Virus record (IMG/VR): IMGVR_UViG_3300016474_000192
Coordinates: 1 to 37,692 of that record
DNA length: 37,692 nucleotides
Origin: a virus
Direction: 5' to 3' (one strand)
Made by a program: the position numbers and the translations under genes. Each line of letters starts with the position of its first letter. The stretch's first letter is position 1. Below are positions 23,236 through 33,217 of the stretch, one piece after another. The notes under the pieces are model-generated. The model was given only the letters and a program-made list of their open reading frames with translations, ran no database searches and was not told the DNA's origin.

Positions 23236-24803
23236 TGGTTGCAGTGACCAACCCGACGCAGATAACGCCGCCGCGCGTCGATTTTATCGACCCTCGGACC
23301 GGCGCAATCAGCCGTGAATGGTATCGTTTTTTCCTTTCGTTGACTACGTCCGTTACGACAGAGCAGTCAGCGTCCGATAATGCGCCGGATGCGAACACTC
23401 TGCTGGCTTCGTATGACGCCATGCTGCAATCGCTTTCCGACACTGTTTCGACGGCGCCCGACGCGAATTCGTTGTCGGCGTCGAACAGCGCAGACTTGCA
23501 GTCGCTTTCTAAAGCTACCTTTTCTACGCCGCGCGCTGAATTGGGGACGATGTCCATTCTTCAGCAGGACAACGTGCCTTGGCTGGCTTTCAGCCCGTCA
23601 CCAGACTTTGTACCTACCAAAGTGGGCAGCGCTTATTGGGACGGCGGAACAACACTGAATATAGTGATGACGCCGCACGTCACCCAAAAAATAGGCGAGG
23701 ACCAATTCTACTACGTTAAAGCGTCCAGCGCCATCAGCCGGGGGCAGTTGGTCATGTTTACCGGCGCGGTTGGCGCTAGCGGCATCATTACCGGCGCCCC
23801 CGCTTCAGGTCTTACCGACGGCCAGTATATCGTCGGTGTAGCCGCTGAAAGCATAGCCTTGAATGGTTTTGGGCTAGTGCAAAGTTTCGGCACACTTCGG
23901 AACGTGAATACCAGCGCGTTTGCTGACGGCGACATACTTTTCTACGACCCGACCACCCCCGGCGGTCTGACTAAAGTACAGCCTTCAGCGCCTAACGTAA
24001 AGGCTACCATAGCCGCCGTGACAAAAGGCGGTTCCGCTGGCGGCGGGTCTATTCTGATACGCATAACCGTAGGGTCGGTACTCGGCGGCACCGACAGCAA
24101 CGTACAGTTCGGCACGCTCACGGACGGCAATATCATACAGTACGATGCGGCCAATGGTTATTGGAAGAACATTAGCACCCTTAACGTCGCGCACGGCGGC
24201 ACGGGCGCTAACTCGCTAAGTTCCGGGTATTTGCTAAAAGGTAACGGTACTTCGGCGATTTCTACGTCGATTATACGGGATAACGGTACGGAGGTAGGTG
24301 TCGGCGCGGCGCCCATATCTACGTTCCGGCACTTTATTCAAGGGATAGGTACTTCGTCCAGCACCTACGCGCAGGTCATCCGTAACAGCGCAAGTGATAA
24401 CTTGTTTTTCATACAAGACGACGGGAAGATGTTTACCGGCTCTGCGGCAAATTCCCCGTACAATAATACCACGGCAGCCGCTGCCAACTGCGTACTCGGC
24501 ATCGTAGCAGGTGAACTGCTGCGCTCCACGTCGTCCATAAGGTACAAAACGGACGTTACGGAATACACGAACGGGCTGAACGAAGTTAACAAGCTGCGGC
24601 CTGTGTTTTACAAAGGCGTCAACGACGGCGACAAGGTCTACGCAGGTCTTATCGCGGAAGAAGTAGACGCAGCGGGCCTCAAAGAATTTGTGACTTATGA
24701 CGCCGAAGGAAGGCCGGACGCACTGGCGTACGCCAATATGATCGCGCTGCTTATAAAGGCCGTCCAAGAGTTATCAGCTAAGTTAGACGCGCTTACCGCC
24801 TAA
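23235..24803 (+). CDS. Tail fibre with a C-terminal peptidase S74 intramolecular-chaperone domain
   Basis: The C-terminus SIRYKTDV...LRPVFYKG...YAGLIAEEV...ALAYANMIALLIKAVQEL is the S74 autoproteolytic chaperone signature. Confidence 0.85.
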   Translation: MVAVTNPTQITPPRVDFIDPRTGAISREWYRFFLSLTTSVTTEQSASDNAPDANTLLASYDAMLQSLSDTVSTAPDANSLSASNSADLQSLSKATFSTPRAELGTMSILQQDNVPWLAFSPSPDFVPTKVGSAYWDGGTTLNIVMTPHVTQKIGEDQFYYVKASSAISRGQLVMFTGAVGASGIITGAPASGLTDGQYIVGVAAESIALNGFGLVQSFGTLRNVNTSAFADGDILFYDPTTPGGLTKVQPSAPNVKATIAAVTKGGSAGGGSILIRITVGSVLGGTDSNVQFGTLTDGNIIQYDAANGYWKNISTLNVAHGGTGANSLSSGYLLKGNGTSAISTSIIRDNGTEVGVGAAPISTFRHFIQGIGTSSSTYAQVIRNSASDNLFFIQDDGKMFTGSAANSPYNNTTAAAANCVLGIVAGELLRSTSSIRYKTDVTEYTNGLNEVNKLRPVFYKGVNDGDKVYAGLIAEEVDAAGLKEFVTYDAEGRPDALAYANMIALLIKAVQELSAKLDALTA

Positions 24804-24880
24804 GCGCAACGGTGATTTATGTTATGTGGACATGGCAGCGCATCATCGTGTATATATCCTGACCAGATAAGGATCGACGT

Positions 24881-26869
24881 ATGACGGTAGACATTTCTGT
24901 TTTGGGCGGCGCGGGGTGGCAGTTCTTCGACGACAACGGCAACCCGTTGTCTGGCGGAAAGCTATACACCTACCAAGCCGGGACTACTACGCCTTCTGCC
25001 GTCTACACTAGTGAGGCAGGGACGACGCCGCACGCGAACCCTATTGTTCTTGACAGCGCCGGTCGCATACCGGGCGAAGTATGGCTGACATCCGGTCAGC
25101 AGTACAAATTCGTTCTGACGACCAGCGCAGATGTGCTGTTGTGGACGCAAGACAATGTCAGCGGCGTGCCCGCGTCTATCGCTTCGTCCTTGGCGGCGTT
25201 GACCGGCGCGGGATTGGTTGGGTTTTCGCCCAGCTTGTCCTATTCTATGAACACCGTAGGGCAGTGGCTGGTTTGGCTGTCGCAGAACAACGATATTCGG
25301 TGGTACGGCTATGTCGGGGACGGCAGCAGCCACCCCCTTTCTACCGTTACGCAGTTCAAGGGTATGGACGTAACCGGCTATACGCTGGCCCAATGGCAAG
25401 CGTTGGTCCCGCAGGTTACGTCGCTGTCTAACCAGATAGACGCCGTGTCGGTGCAGGCATGGTTTAACGACCGCCCCAGCGGCGGCGAACTTAATCTACC
25501 GGCTGGCGTCGGCATTTTCGACATTGGCATTCAGACCGGCGAAAACCAAAATGTAAACCTGTGGGGCGCAGGGCGCGACCTGACTGAAATCAAGTACACT
25601 GGCACAGGGACATTCTGGTCGCACGGGTTTACCAACTCCGTAGCCGCTACAGGCACGTTTTATGTGCAGAACTTGCGCGTCACCCCGTACGCGGGCACCG
25701 CTGCCGCCTGCTGTTTCAACGTTCGTTTTTCAGGCGATCAGCCTGCGTGGTGTCATGTCATCGACAACGTGATGGTTCTGGCGCGCGATACCAGTTCGTA
25801 TTTCGTGAATTGCACGATCACACGGAACATTCAGCGCGGTCTGGATTGGCGCAACTTCACCGTGTTCGGGCGCAACTTCTTCTACCTGACCACTAACGCC
25901 CATGTGTTCCCTTCGAACTCTGCGTCTGACCCTGACTGCCCTCCGGGCAAGGCCGGGACGGGCGCTGGCGATAGCTACAACTTCGATAACTGCATGGTTG
26001 TCGGCTATAAGTACGGCTGGGATTTTCTGTGGACCGGGTTTACGTCGCTCGTACATTCGCACGAGCAGGGCCGATGGGCAAACAGCCAAGCCTATTCAGG
26101 CACTGGCTTTGCGCAGATTTTGGACACGAACACCGCGTACGCGCCCGCCGACAATTGGATTTTTGACACTTGCGGGTGGCAAGGTTCCGGCCCTGCTTTC
26201 AACTTCCAGCACCTTGAATTTGTCCGCATCCGCGACGGCCTGTTCGTAGCTGACGCTACTTCTACAGACAACATCACGCGCATAGGGTCATTGATTGACT
26301 GTATCGACACGATCATTGACGGAAACGAGATATTTGCGGAAGGCGCGTGGACGCTGGGCAACGCTTTTGCCATCGGCGGCGCGTCTTCTTCGACTATCCG
26401 TATTACCGAAAACATGACGGTTAGCTACGCGTCGTTTTCAGAATGGCTGTATGTCGCTCCAACAGTCCTAGACAGGCAGATTATTGAACGCCAAAATACG
26501 TTCCGTGGCTCTGGAACGTACACGACCGCAAAGGTAGTGGACGCTTCGGGTTACGCTATCAGCGAAACCCGCGTAAAGGATATTGTCGAGGCATTGCCGG
26601 GGACTAACTGGTCGTGGAACGTCTCCGCCGACGGTACTATCATATACCGTAACGTAGTGGTGCAGACATCTGACGGTAGCGGTAACATCACCATCGCGTT
26701 GCCCACTAACCTATTCCGCGCGATTAAGGGCGCGCTCGTCACCAGCGGCAACTCGGCTGTCACCGTGCCCGCGAACGTGGGCGTCGTGACGACGACGATC
26801 CTTCCTATCCGGTATCCCGGCGTTGCGACCACGCAGCTTACAACCACGATTGAGGTAACAGGACGATGA
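24881..26869 (+). CDS. Tailspike, right-handed beta-helix (pectate-lyase-like) putative depolymerase
   Basis: 662 aa. N-terminal GKLYTYQAGTTTPSAVYTS...NPIVLDSAGR particle-binding-type domain. A central repetitive beta-helix-like region (LNLPAGVGIFDIG, NLWGAGRD). Confidence 0.75.
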   Translation: MTVDISVLGGAGWQFFDDNGNPLSGGKLYTYQAGTTTPSAVYTSEAGTTPHANPIVLDSAGRIPGEVWLTSGQQYKFVLTTSADVLLWTQDNVSGVPASIASSLAALTGAGLVGFSPSLSYSMNTVGQWLVWLSQNNDIRWYGYVGDGSSHPLSTVTQFKGMDVTGYTLAQWQALVPQVTSLSNQIDAVSVQAWFNDRPSGGELNLPAGVGIFDIGIQTGENQNVNLWGAGRDLTEIKYTGTGTFWSHGFTNSVAATGTFYVQNLRVTPYAGTAAACCFNVRFSGDQPAWCHVIDNVMVLARDTSSYFVNCTITRNIQRGLDWRNFTVFGRNFFYLTTNAHVFPSNSASDPDCPPGKAGTGAGDSYNFDNCMVVGYKYGWDFLWTGFTSLVHSHEQGRWANSQAYSGTGFAQILDTNTAYAPADNWIFDTCGWQGSGPAFNFQHLEFVRIRDGLFVADATSTDNITRIGSLIDCIDTIIDGNEIFAEGAWTLGNAFAIGGASSSTIRITENMTVSYASFSEWLYVAPTVLDRQIIERQNTFRGSGTYTTAKVVDASGYAISETRVKDIVEALPGTNWSWNVSADGTIIYRNVVVQTSDGSGNITIALPTNLFRAIKGALVTSGNSAVTVPANVGVVTTTILPIRYPGVATTQLTTTIEVTGR

Positions 26870-27000
26870 CCCACGCGCACAGACCCGTCAGCGGCAAATC
26901 GCTGGATATGTTTGAAAAGCTGCTGGGGCCGAAATCAGCGTTCCCGGAAAAGCCGGACCCTATTCCTCAAGCGCCCAAGCCTAAAGCGCGTAAAAAGTAA
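26866..27000 (+). CDS. Possible 44-aa Lys/Pro-rich peptide
   Basis: ATGA overlap with the tailspike stop. MTHAHRPVSGKSLDMFEKLLGPKSAFPEKPDPIPQAPKPKARKK. Confidence 0.4.
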   Translation: MTHAHRPVSGKSLDMFEKLLGPKSAFPEKPDPIPQAPKPKARKK

Positions 27001-27012
27001 CAGGGGATTTCC

Positions 27013-27348
27013 ATGTCTGTTTCTATCAGCAACATCATTCCGGCAAAAACCGCAGAGGCGGCGCAGACAACGCAGTACACCTCTACGGGCGTGCAGACGA
27101 TCATCGACAAGTTTACGGCTACGAACTACAGCGCGTTAGCGGCTACGATCAGCGTCAATCTGATTTCGCCCGCTGGCAGCGCGGGCAGCGACAATCTTAT
27201 CGTCAAGACCAAGACGCTTCAACCTTCCGAAACATACACGTTTCCCGAACTGGTCGGCCACATCTTGCCTGTTGGCGGTTTTATTTCGACTGTCGCGGGA
27301 ACCGCGTCCGCCATTAACATCCGCGCGTCTGGCCGTCTGGTAAGCTAA
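27013..27348 (+). CDS. Hypothetical virion-module protein, 111 aa
   Basis: AGGGGA SD. Beta-rich sequence. Confidence 0.7.
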   Translation: MSVSISNIIPAKTAEAAQTTQYTSTGVQTIIDKFTATNYSALAATISVNLISPAGSAGSDNLIVKTKTLQPSETYTFPELVGHILPVGGFISTVAGTASAINIRASGRLVS

Positions 27349-27782
27349 TGCTGGAAAGGTGTTTCGACGTAGACCTGATAAACCTTGCGGCGAACCATCC
27401 CGATGTGCGCCCGTATCTCGGCCCCGCATCGCTCGGCGAACTAGACTTTACTGACGCGGTCAACGACGAAAAAAACTGGTTTTTGATGGGTGAATACGGC
27501 GGGTTTGCTTTGGCGTGGAGCGCACCCGGCGTTTACGAAGTCCATGTATTTGTGCTGCCGCAAGGGCGCGGCGCATGGGCGGCGAAAGCGCGTACGGCTA
27601 CCATAGAATACGCCGTGTCGAACGGCGCTGATAGACTGTGGGCGCGGATAGCGCCTAACGCTAAATTCGTGTCGTGGTTTGCTCGGCGTGGGGGTATGCA
27701 ACCTACGGGCGAAGTGATATACTCGCTTGGAGCCGCTTACGACGTGTTCAAGATGGAGTTACCGAAATGCCCCCAGCAGTAA
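27348..27782 (+). CDS. GNAT-fold acetyltransferase-like protein, 144 aa (putative)
   Basis: VHVFVLPQGRGAWAAKARTATIEYAVSNGADRLWARI resembles the GNAT motif A (Q/R-x-x-G-x-G/A) beta4-alpha3 region. TAATG overlap with the upstream gene. Confidence 0.4.
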   Translation: MLERCFDVDLINLAANHPDVRPYLGPASLGELDFTDAVNDEKNWFLMGEYGGFALAWSAPGVYEVHVFVLPQGRGAWAAKARTATIEYAVSNGADRLWARIAPNAKFVSWFARRGGMQPTGEVIYSLGAAYDVFKMELPKCPQQ

Positions 27783-28543
27783 TTGCAGCCGGTATCGGAG
27801 CCGTCGGCGCGGTCGGCGGTGGACTAATCGCCAGCAGCGGCGCTAAGAAGGCCGCAAAAGCGCAGGAGAACGCCGCGCGGGAAGCGCAGGCTTCGCAGGA
27901 ACGTATGTTTGAGCGGCAGACGGAACTGCAAGAGCCGTTCCGTCAAGCTGGCCTAACTGCGCAGCAGCAGATTATGCAGTTGCTTGGTATCGGCGGCGAT
28001 GCGGGCGCGGCGGGCTACGGCAGTCTGGCCAAGCCGTTTGGCAAGGATCAATTTGAAGCCGACCCCGGCTACGCCTTCCGGCAGTCCGAAGGTATGAAGG
28101 CACTGGAACGGTCGGCGGCTGCGCGCGGCAATCTGATGTCCGGCGCCACCATGAAGGGTATTCAGCGTTTCGGTCAGGACTTGGCCAGCCAAGAATACCA
28201 GAACGCGTTTAACCGCTATCAGGTCGAACGCGCCGCGCGCCTTAACCCGCTTCAGTCGCTTATGGGCGCGGGGCAGTCTTCGGCCAATACGCTGACCGGC
28301 GCGGCTGGCCAGTTTGGTCAAGCGTCGGCTACGAACGCGATGAACGCAGGCGCCGCCCGCGCGTCGGGCTATGTCGGTAGCGCCAACGCGCTGGCCGGTG
28401 CACTTAGCGGCGCCGGACAGATGGCGATGCAGTACCCGATGTATCAGGCGCAGACGAACTATCTTAATTCCATGGCGAACAGCGGCAGCAGTCTGCCGCC
28501 CGGCACTATGTCGTATGGCGGCTATGCGGGGATGAAGGGTTAA
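27767..28543 (+). CDS. Internal virion / ejection protein analogue (P22 gp7 position), 258 aa
   Basis: GGAG SD. N-terminal Gly/Ala hydrophobic segment PPAVIAAGIGAVGAVGGGLIA. Gln/Ala/Gly-rich. Call is syntenic. Confidence 0.6.
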   Translation: MPPAVIAAGIGAVGAVGGGLIASSGAKKAAKAQENAAREAQASQERMFERQTELQEPFRQAGLTAQQQIMQLLGIGGDAGAAGYGSLAKPFGKDQFEADPGYAFRQSEGMKALERSAAARGNLMSGATMKGIQRFGQDLASQEYQNAFNRYQVERAARLNPLQSLMGAGQSSANTLTGAAGQFGQASATNAMNAGAARASGYVGSANALAGALSGAGQMAMQYPMYQAQTNYLNSMANSGSSLPPGTMSYGGYAGMKG

Positions 28544-28546
28544 AAC

Positions 28547-30241
28547 ATGGCCAACCAAGCAATCGCTCTGCAAGCCCGCGCCCCGCAATCCGCTGGTCTG
28601 GGCAGCGCCATTCAGCAGAACAGTATGCTCATTAACCAGATGATGCAGATGCAGAACGCGCAGCGTCAAACGCAGCAGGCGCAGCAGCGCATGGACTTGG
28701 ACCTTGCTCAAGAGGCGCGTGCTGCTGAAAAGTTCAATCTCGACAAAGAAGCGTTGATGTACGCCAAGTACCGCAATATGGCGCCCGCTGTCATTCAGGG
28801 CGGGCCTGCGGTGTACGCAGCTTGGCTGGACGGAATTCAGCAGGAGGCGCCAGAACAGGCGCAGCTTCTGCGTCAGGCCATGCCGCCAGAAAAGTTCAAC
28901 AAGGATAGCTTCATCCTCATGATGGGGACGATGGACCAGAACTTTGAAGCGCGGTACGGTAAAGCTATCACCAAGGAACTTATCACGCCCGAAGGCGGCG
29001 TCATGGGTGCCAACATTTCCGGCATTCCCGGCGCTACCTACGCGGTTCCTGTGCCTGATATTTCGCGTCCGGTCGGCGGTAAGGCGGCGCCTGCTGTCGC
29101 GCCGTCAGCGCCCGCGCTCGCACCGTCCGCTGGCGGTGTGTCCGCGCGGCCCACACGCGGCGCTAATACCGGACCGCAAGACCTGCTGCGTCGGGGCGTT
29201 GACCCCCGGTCGATCCCTATGGGCAACCCGCTGGTCAAGCCTATTTCGGCTGAGCAGAGCGGCGTAGAACCACTGACGATGGAAAACGCGCCGCAGATCG
29301 TGCAGGCCGCGCTGGACAGCGGGTTTATTGACCCGGTCCACGTCGAACAACTGAAGCAGATGCTGCCGCCGGAAAATCAGGCAGCGGTTGACCAGTGGGT
29401 CCAGCAGAGCGGCCTGAAGATGGGCAGCGGCGTACCCGGCGCGCAGTCGGCGGTTTACCGCCCGCAGCAAGCCGACTTTGGCCCTGCTGTAGCCGACGAC
29501 GGTATGTCGTTTGAAGGCCCGCAGGCGCCGATGGGCCAGCAGGTGCAGTACAACCCGAACGATTACGCACCTGTTCGCGTCAAGTCGCCCATGCAGGCGC
29601 CAGAGACGGCTATTCCGGGGTCCGCTAAGGTGCCGATCAAACGGGTACGCGAAGAAGCGCAGGCACAGCGGCGGTCGCCGCAGGAAATCTATCAGGAAAA
29701 GCGGACTGAAAAGCAGGCTGAAGCAGACGTAGACTTTCTTGAGAAGTACGGCGCTGCCAAGGACGCGGCGCAGAACACGCTGTCGGTCATCGACCAGATG
29801 ATTGGCGACTTGCGCGTGCAGGACGGTAAAATCGTGCGCGGCAAGCGCCCGCCGCACCCCGGCTTTGAAAGCGTTATCGGCGCTGGTATTCCGGGCTTGC
29901 GGTTCATTCCCGGTACGCAGTCCGCTGACTTTGACGCGTTGGTTGACCAGATCGAAGGCGGCGCGTTCTTGAAGGCATACGAAAGCCTGAAAGGCACCGG
30001 CCAGATTACCGAAGTCGAAGGTCAGAAAGCTACGCAGGCTCTGACCCGTATGCGCCGTTCGTCGTCGGAAGTCGGCTTCATCAAGGCCGCACGCGAATTC
30101 GAAGGCATCGTCCGTCGCGGGCTTGAACGTGCTGAACAGCGTCGTGCGAGACTAGAAGGTGGCGAAGCGCCGCGCGCTACCGGCACGCCGACCAAGCGCG
30201 GGCGCAACATTGACGACTTGCTGAAAAAATACGGGGGCTGA
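28547..30241 (+). CDS. Internal virion / ejection protein analogue (P22 gp20 position), 564 aa
   Basis: Synteny and size. Gln/Ala-rich sequence. Confidence 0.6.
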   Translation: MANQAIALQARAPQSAGLGSAIQQNSMLINQMMQMQNAQRQTQQAQQRMDLDLAQEARAAEKFNLDKEALMYAKYRNMAPAVIQGGPAVYAAWLDGIQQEAPEQAQLLRQAMPPEKFNKDSFILMMGTMDQNFEARYGKAITKELITPEGGVMGANISGIPGATYAVPVPDISRPVGGKAAPAVAPSAPALAPSAGGVSARPTRGANTGPQDLLRRGVDPRSIPMGNPLVKPISAEQSGVEPLTMENAPQIVQAALDSGFIDPVHVEQLKQMLPPENQAAVDQWVQQSGLKMGSGVPGAQSAVYRPQQADFGPAVADDGMSFEGPQAPMGQQVQYNPNDYAPVRVKSPMQAPETAIPGSAKVPIKRVREEAQAQRRSPQEIYQEKRTEKQAEADVDFLEKYGAAKDAAQNTLSVIDQMIGDLRVQDGKIVRGKRPPHPGFESVIGAGIPGLRFIPGTQSADFDALVDQIEGGAFLKAYESLKGTGQITEVEGQKATQALTRMRRSSSEVGFIKAAREFEGIVRRGLERAEQRRARLEGGEAPRATGTPTKRGRNIDDLLKKYGG

Positions 30242-30243
30242 TA

Positions 30244-32565
30244 GTGCCGACACTGAAGCAGCTAGAAACCGCGCTGATTAATGCCGATAGGGCTGGCGAC
30301 GAAGACGCAGCGCGGGCACTGGCTGCGGAGATCAAGCGCGTGCGTGCGCAGCAAGCGCAACCGCAGCAACCCCCGCCGTCTCGCACGCAGTCGTTTTTGT
30401 CCGGCATCGGCGAAGCTATCCCCCGCGCCATCGGCGGAATTATCGAGTTTCTAGACCCGGAAGGGCGCAAGCTGCTTACGCCGGAACAGAAAGCGGCTTA
30501 CGAACGTCAATATCAGCCCCAGCGCGAAGCAAATCCGAACTTCTTTACCGCAGGTCAGATTACCGGAGAAACGGTTGCAACGGCGCCTTTGGTGTCGGGC
30601 GGCGGACAGTTGCTGGCCAAGGGCGGCCAAAAGTTGGCGCAAGTGGCGCCCAAGTTGGGGCGTGGTGCTAATGTAGCCAAGCGTACCGGACGCGTTCTGG
30701 AACAAGGCGGTAAGGCCATCAGCAGCGGCGGCGTCGGCGTGCGCCCCGTCACCAAGGCCGCCGTAAAACGCGGCGCACCTGTAGCGGCCAGCAAAACCGG
30801 ACGGGCTGTCCTGCGCGCTGGCGGCGGTGCTGGCGCTGGCGCCGCCACTGCGGCGCTGACCGATCAAGATATTGATACCGCCGCCGCAACGGGCGCCGTC
30901 ATTCCGATTGTCGGGTCGATGGCCCGCAATGGCATTGGCTGGACGTACGACCTGCTGGCCAAGCGTCTGGGAGAAACCAAGGCCGCTGACATTCTGCGCA
31001 ACATCATCGCGGACAACCCCGCGCAGATTGCGAATGCGCTGCGTAACGCGCCGAAGAACGTCAAGGCTAATACGGCAGAGTTTCTGGCTGAACGCGGTCT
31101 GCTGACGCCGGAATTTGCAGCCGCCACGCGTATCGTCAGCGGTAGCAAGGCCAGTAAGCTGCTGGAACAGTCAGCCAAGGCCCGCGCCGAAGCGCAGGAC
31201 GAGATGCGCGCGTTTATCCGTGGCGGCGAAACGCAGACCGCTGCGGTGGGCGGCATCGCGTCGGCCAAGCAAGCTGTGCGTGCAGCTACTGCGCCGATGC
31301 GCGAAGAAAATCTGATGCTGGCCGACATTGGCCGCACGCAGATCATTCCCGCCGAACGGAACGCCATGCGTCTGCGTGACGCTGCGTCGGCTGAAGTTGA
31401 ACGCGCGCGCCGGTTCATGGGCGCTGCCGACAATCAGGCGATGGCGCTGGGTCAGATGGACGACCTTGGCGATGCGTTTAACGCGGCTGCCATCAACCGC
31501 CAGCGCGGCGTCGTCGGCGGTCTGGAGCAGCGCGCAGGTCAGGCGGCTGACAAATCCTTGCAGTACGGTGCTGAAGCGCGGGCTGCTGAAGAGGTGGCGG
31601 CTAATCTCCGCGCGCAGGGCCTTCAGCCGCTGGATATTGGCAGCGTCGTCGGAAACCTACGCCGCGCGGCAGACGAGGCAGAGTTCGTCAACCCGGCGCG
31701 CTTCCGCGTGCTGTCGGAGTTTGCCAACAATCTGGAACGCCGCGCCGCCAAGTTCGGCGGTGTCATCGACGCTACCGGGCTGTACGAACTGCGCAAGAAC
31801 ATGGGTTCGGTCATCTCCGACCTGCTGGGGCCGACCGACCCCAAGACGCTTCAGGCGTATACCGCGCAGATTATTGGTGAGACGCAGCCGCTGATTGACG
31901 ACGCCATCAAGGCGGCTGGCGGGCGCGGCTGGACTGATTATCTGGACGCGTTCTCGCAGGGCATGAAGAAGGTTGAGCGTCAGCAGTTCGAACGCGAACT
32001 GACCAAGCTGCCTGAAGCGCGCTACGCCAAGGTCATGGCGGGCGATGACCCTGACTTCGTCAAGGACTTCTTCGGTCCGGGCCGATTTGACATCAACGTC
32101 GAACTGATGGGTCCGAAGCTGCCGACCGCGCACAGTCTGGCCAAGCAGATTGAAGCTACCCGCGCCGTGGCGCAGACCGGCTTGGAAGACCTGACGCCGT
32201 CGCAGCGCCTGTCGCTGCCGGGCGGTGCACGGTCCCGCGTCATGGAAGCGCTGGAGCCGGGCGTGCCAAACGTGTTCATGCGCGGGCTGTCGCGCATTGC
32301 TGGTGGCGCCCCCCGCATCTACGGCGGCGGCGCTATGGCAGAGCAGCTTGAACGCGAATACGCCAACAAGCTGGCCGAAACCGTGCTGAAGCGGCTGGCG
32401 CCTGCGCTGGCGTCGCCAACCGAAGCGTCGCGGCTGCTCGGCGTGCGCCCGACTGCCGACACGCTGGGCGGCATCACGGCCCAAATTCCGCCCGGCGCTA
32501 CCAACGCGATGACACAGTATCTGCGCGAACTTCTTACGCGTCCATCCTACAGCCCCAACCAGTAG
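30244..32565 (+). CDS. Internal virion / ejection protein analogue (P22 gp16 position), 773 aa
   Basis: GTG start after GGGGG. The largest Ala-rich protein, at the end of the structural block. Call is syntenic. Confidence 0.6.
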   Translation: MPTLKQLETALINADRAGDEDAARALAAEIKRVRAQQAQPQQPPPSRTQSFLSGIGEAIPRAIGGIIEFLDPEGRKLLTPEQKAAYERQYQPQREANPNFFTAGQITGETVATAPLVSGGGQLLAKGGQKLAQVAPKLGRGANVAKRTGRVLEQGGKAISSGGVGVRPVTKAAVKRGAPVAASKTGRAVLRAGGGAGAGAATAALTDQDIDTAAATGAVIPIVGSMARNGIGWTYDLLAKRLGETKAADILRNIIADNPAQIANALRNAPKNVKANTAEFLAERGLLTPEFAAATRIVSGSKASKLLEQSAKARAEAQDEMRAFIRGGETQTAAVGGIASAKQAVRAATAPMREENLMLADIGRTQIIPAERNAMRLRDAASAEVERARRFMGAADNQAMALGQMDDLGDAFNAAAINRQRGVVGGLEQRAGQAADKSLQYGAEARAAEEVAANLRAQGLQPLDIGSVVGNLRRAADEAEFVNPARFRVLSEFANNLERRAAKFGGVIDATGLYELRKNMGSVISDLLGPTDPKTLQAYTAQIIGETQPLIDDAIKAAGGRGWTDYLDAFSQGMKKVERQQFERELTKLPEARYAKVMAGDDPDFVKDFFGPGRFDINVELMGPKLPTAHSLAKQIEATRAVAQTGLEDLTPSQRLSLPGGARSRVMEALEPGVPNVFMRGLSRIAGGAPRIYGGGAMAEQLEREYANKLAETVLKRLAPALASPTEASRLLGVRPTADTLGGITAQIPPGATNAMTQYLRELLTRPSYSPNQ

Positions 32566-32580
32566 CCGAGTGATCTACCA

Positions 32581-32757
32581 ATGACTTCTATCGACCAGAC
32601 TGAAGCGCGCTTGAACACGCATGAGGAAGTTTGCGCGCTAAGATACGAAAGCATTTGCGCACGCCTGAAGCGTTTGGAAGGTCTTGGCATGACCGTGGCC
32701 GGGACGATTATTCTGCTGCTGATTGGTATTCTGCTTACTATGCTGGGACTGAAATGA
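32581..32757 (+). CDS. Small C-terminal-TM membrane protein, 58 aa (holin/lysis-associated candidate; below the ORF-track cutoff)
   Basis: Hand translation gives MTSIDQTEARLNTHEEVCALRYESICARLKRLEGLGMTVAGTIILLLIGILLTMLGLK. ATGA overlap with the endolysin start. Confidence 0.5.
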   Translation: MTSIDQTEARLNTHEEVCALRYESICARLKRLEGLGMTVAGTIILLLIGILLTMLGLK

Positions 32758-33185
32758 GCATCATCCTAAGCCAACGGTCACTGGCGCGGCTGGAAGGCGT
32801 GCACCCCGATCTCGTCCGCGTCGTCAAGAAAGCCGCCGCCATGTCCGACATGGACTTTACGGTGCTGGAAGGGTTGCGCACGGTCGAGCGGCAGAAACAG
32901 CTTTTGGCCAACGGTGCTACCAAGACAATGAATTCGCGGCACCTGACCGGGCACGCGGTTGACCTAGCACCCGTCATCGACGGCAAGGTGTCATGGGATT
33001 GGCCGCTGTATCACCGGCTGGCAGACGTAATGCGGTCTGCGTCTATTCGGGAAAACGTCCATATTAGGTGGGGTGGAACTTGGAAGCTGCTTACGGCTAT
33101 ACAAGGCCCCATAACAGCTAAGGTTCTAAGCAGGTCTTTTCCTGACGGGCCTCATTTTGAACTCCCAAGGAGCGCGTACCCATAG
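32754..33185 (+). CDS. Endolysin, peptidase M15 (VanY / L-Ala-D-Glu peptidase-like)
   Basis: SRHLTGHAVDL (S-x-H-x-x-G-x-A-x-D) and the C-terminal DGPHFEL zinc-ligand motifs. Confidence 0.85.
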   Translation: MSIILSQRSLARLEGVHPDLVRVVKKAAAMSDMDFTVLEGLRTVERQKQLLANGATKTMNSRHLTGHAVDLAPVIDGKVSWDWPLYHRLADVMRSASIRENVHIRWGGTWKLLTAIQGPITAKVLSRSFPDGPHFELPRSAYP

Positions 33186-33217
33186 GCGGTATGCGCAAAC
33201 ACAAAAGGAGAAGTAAT

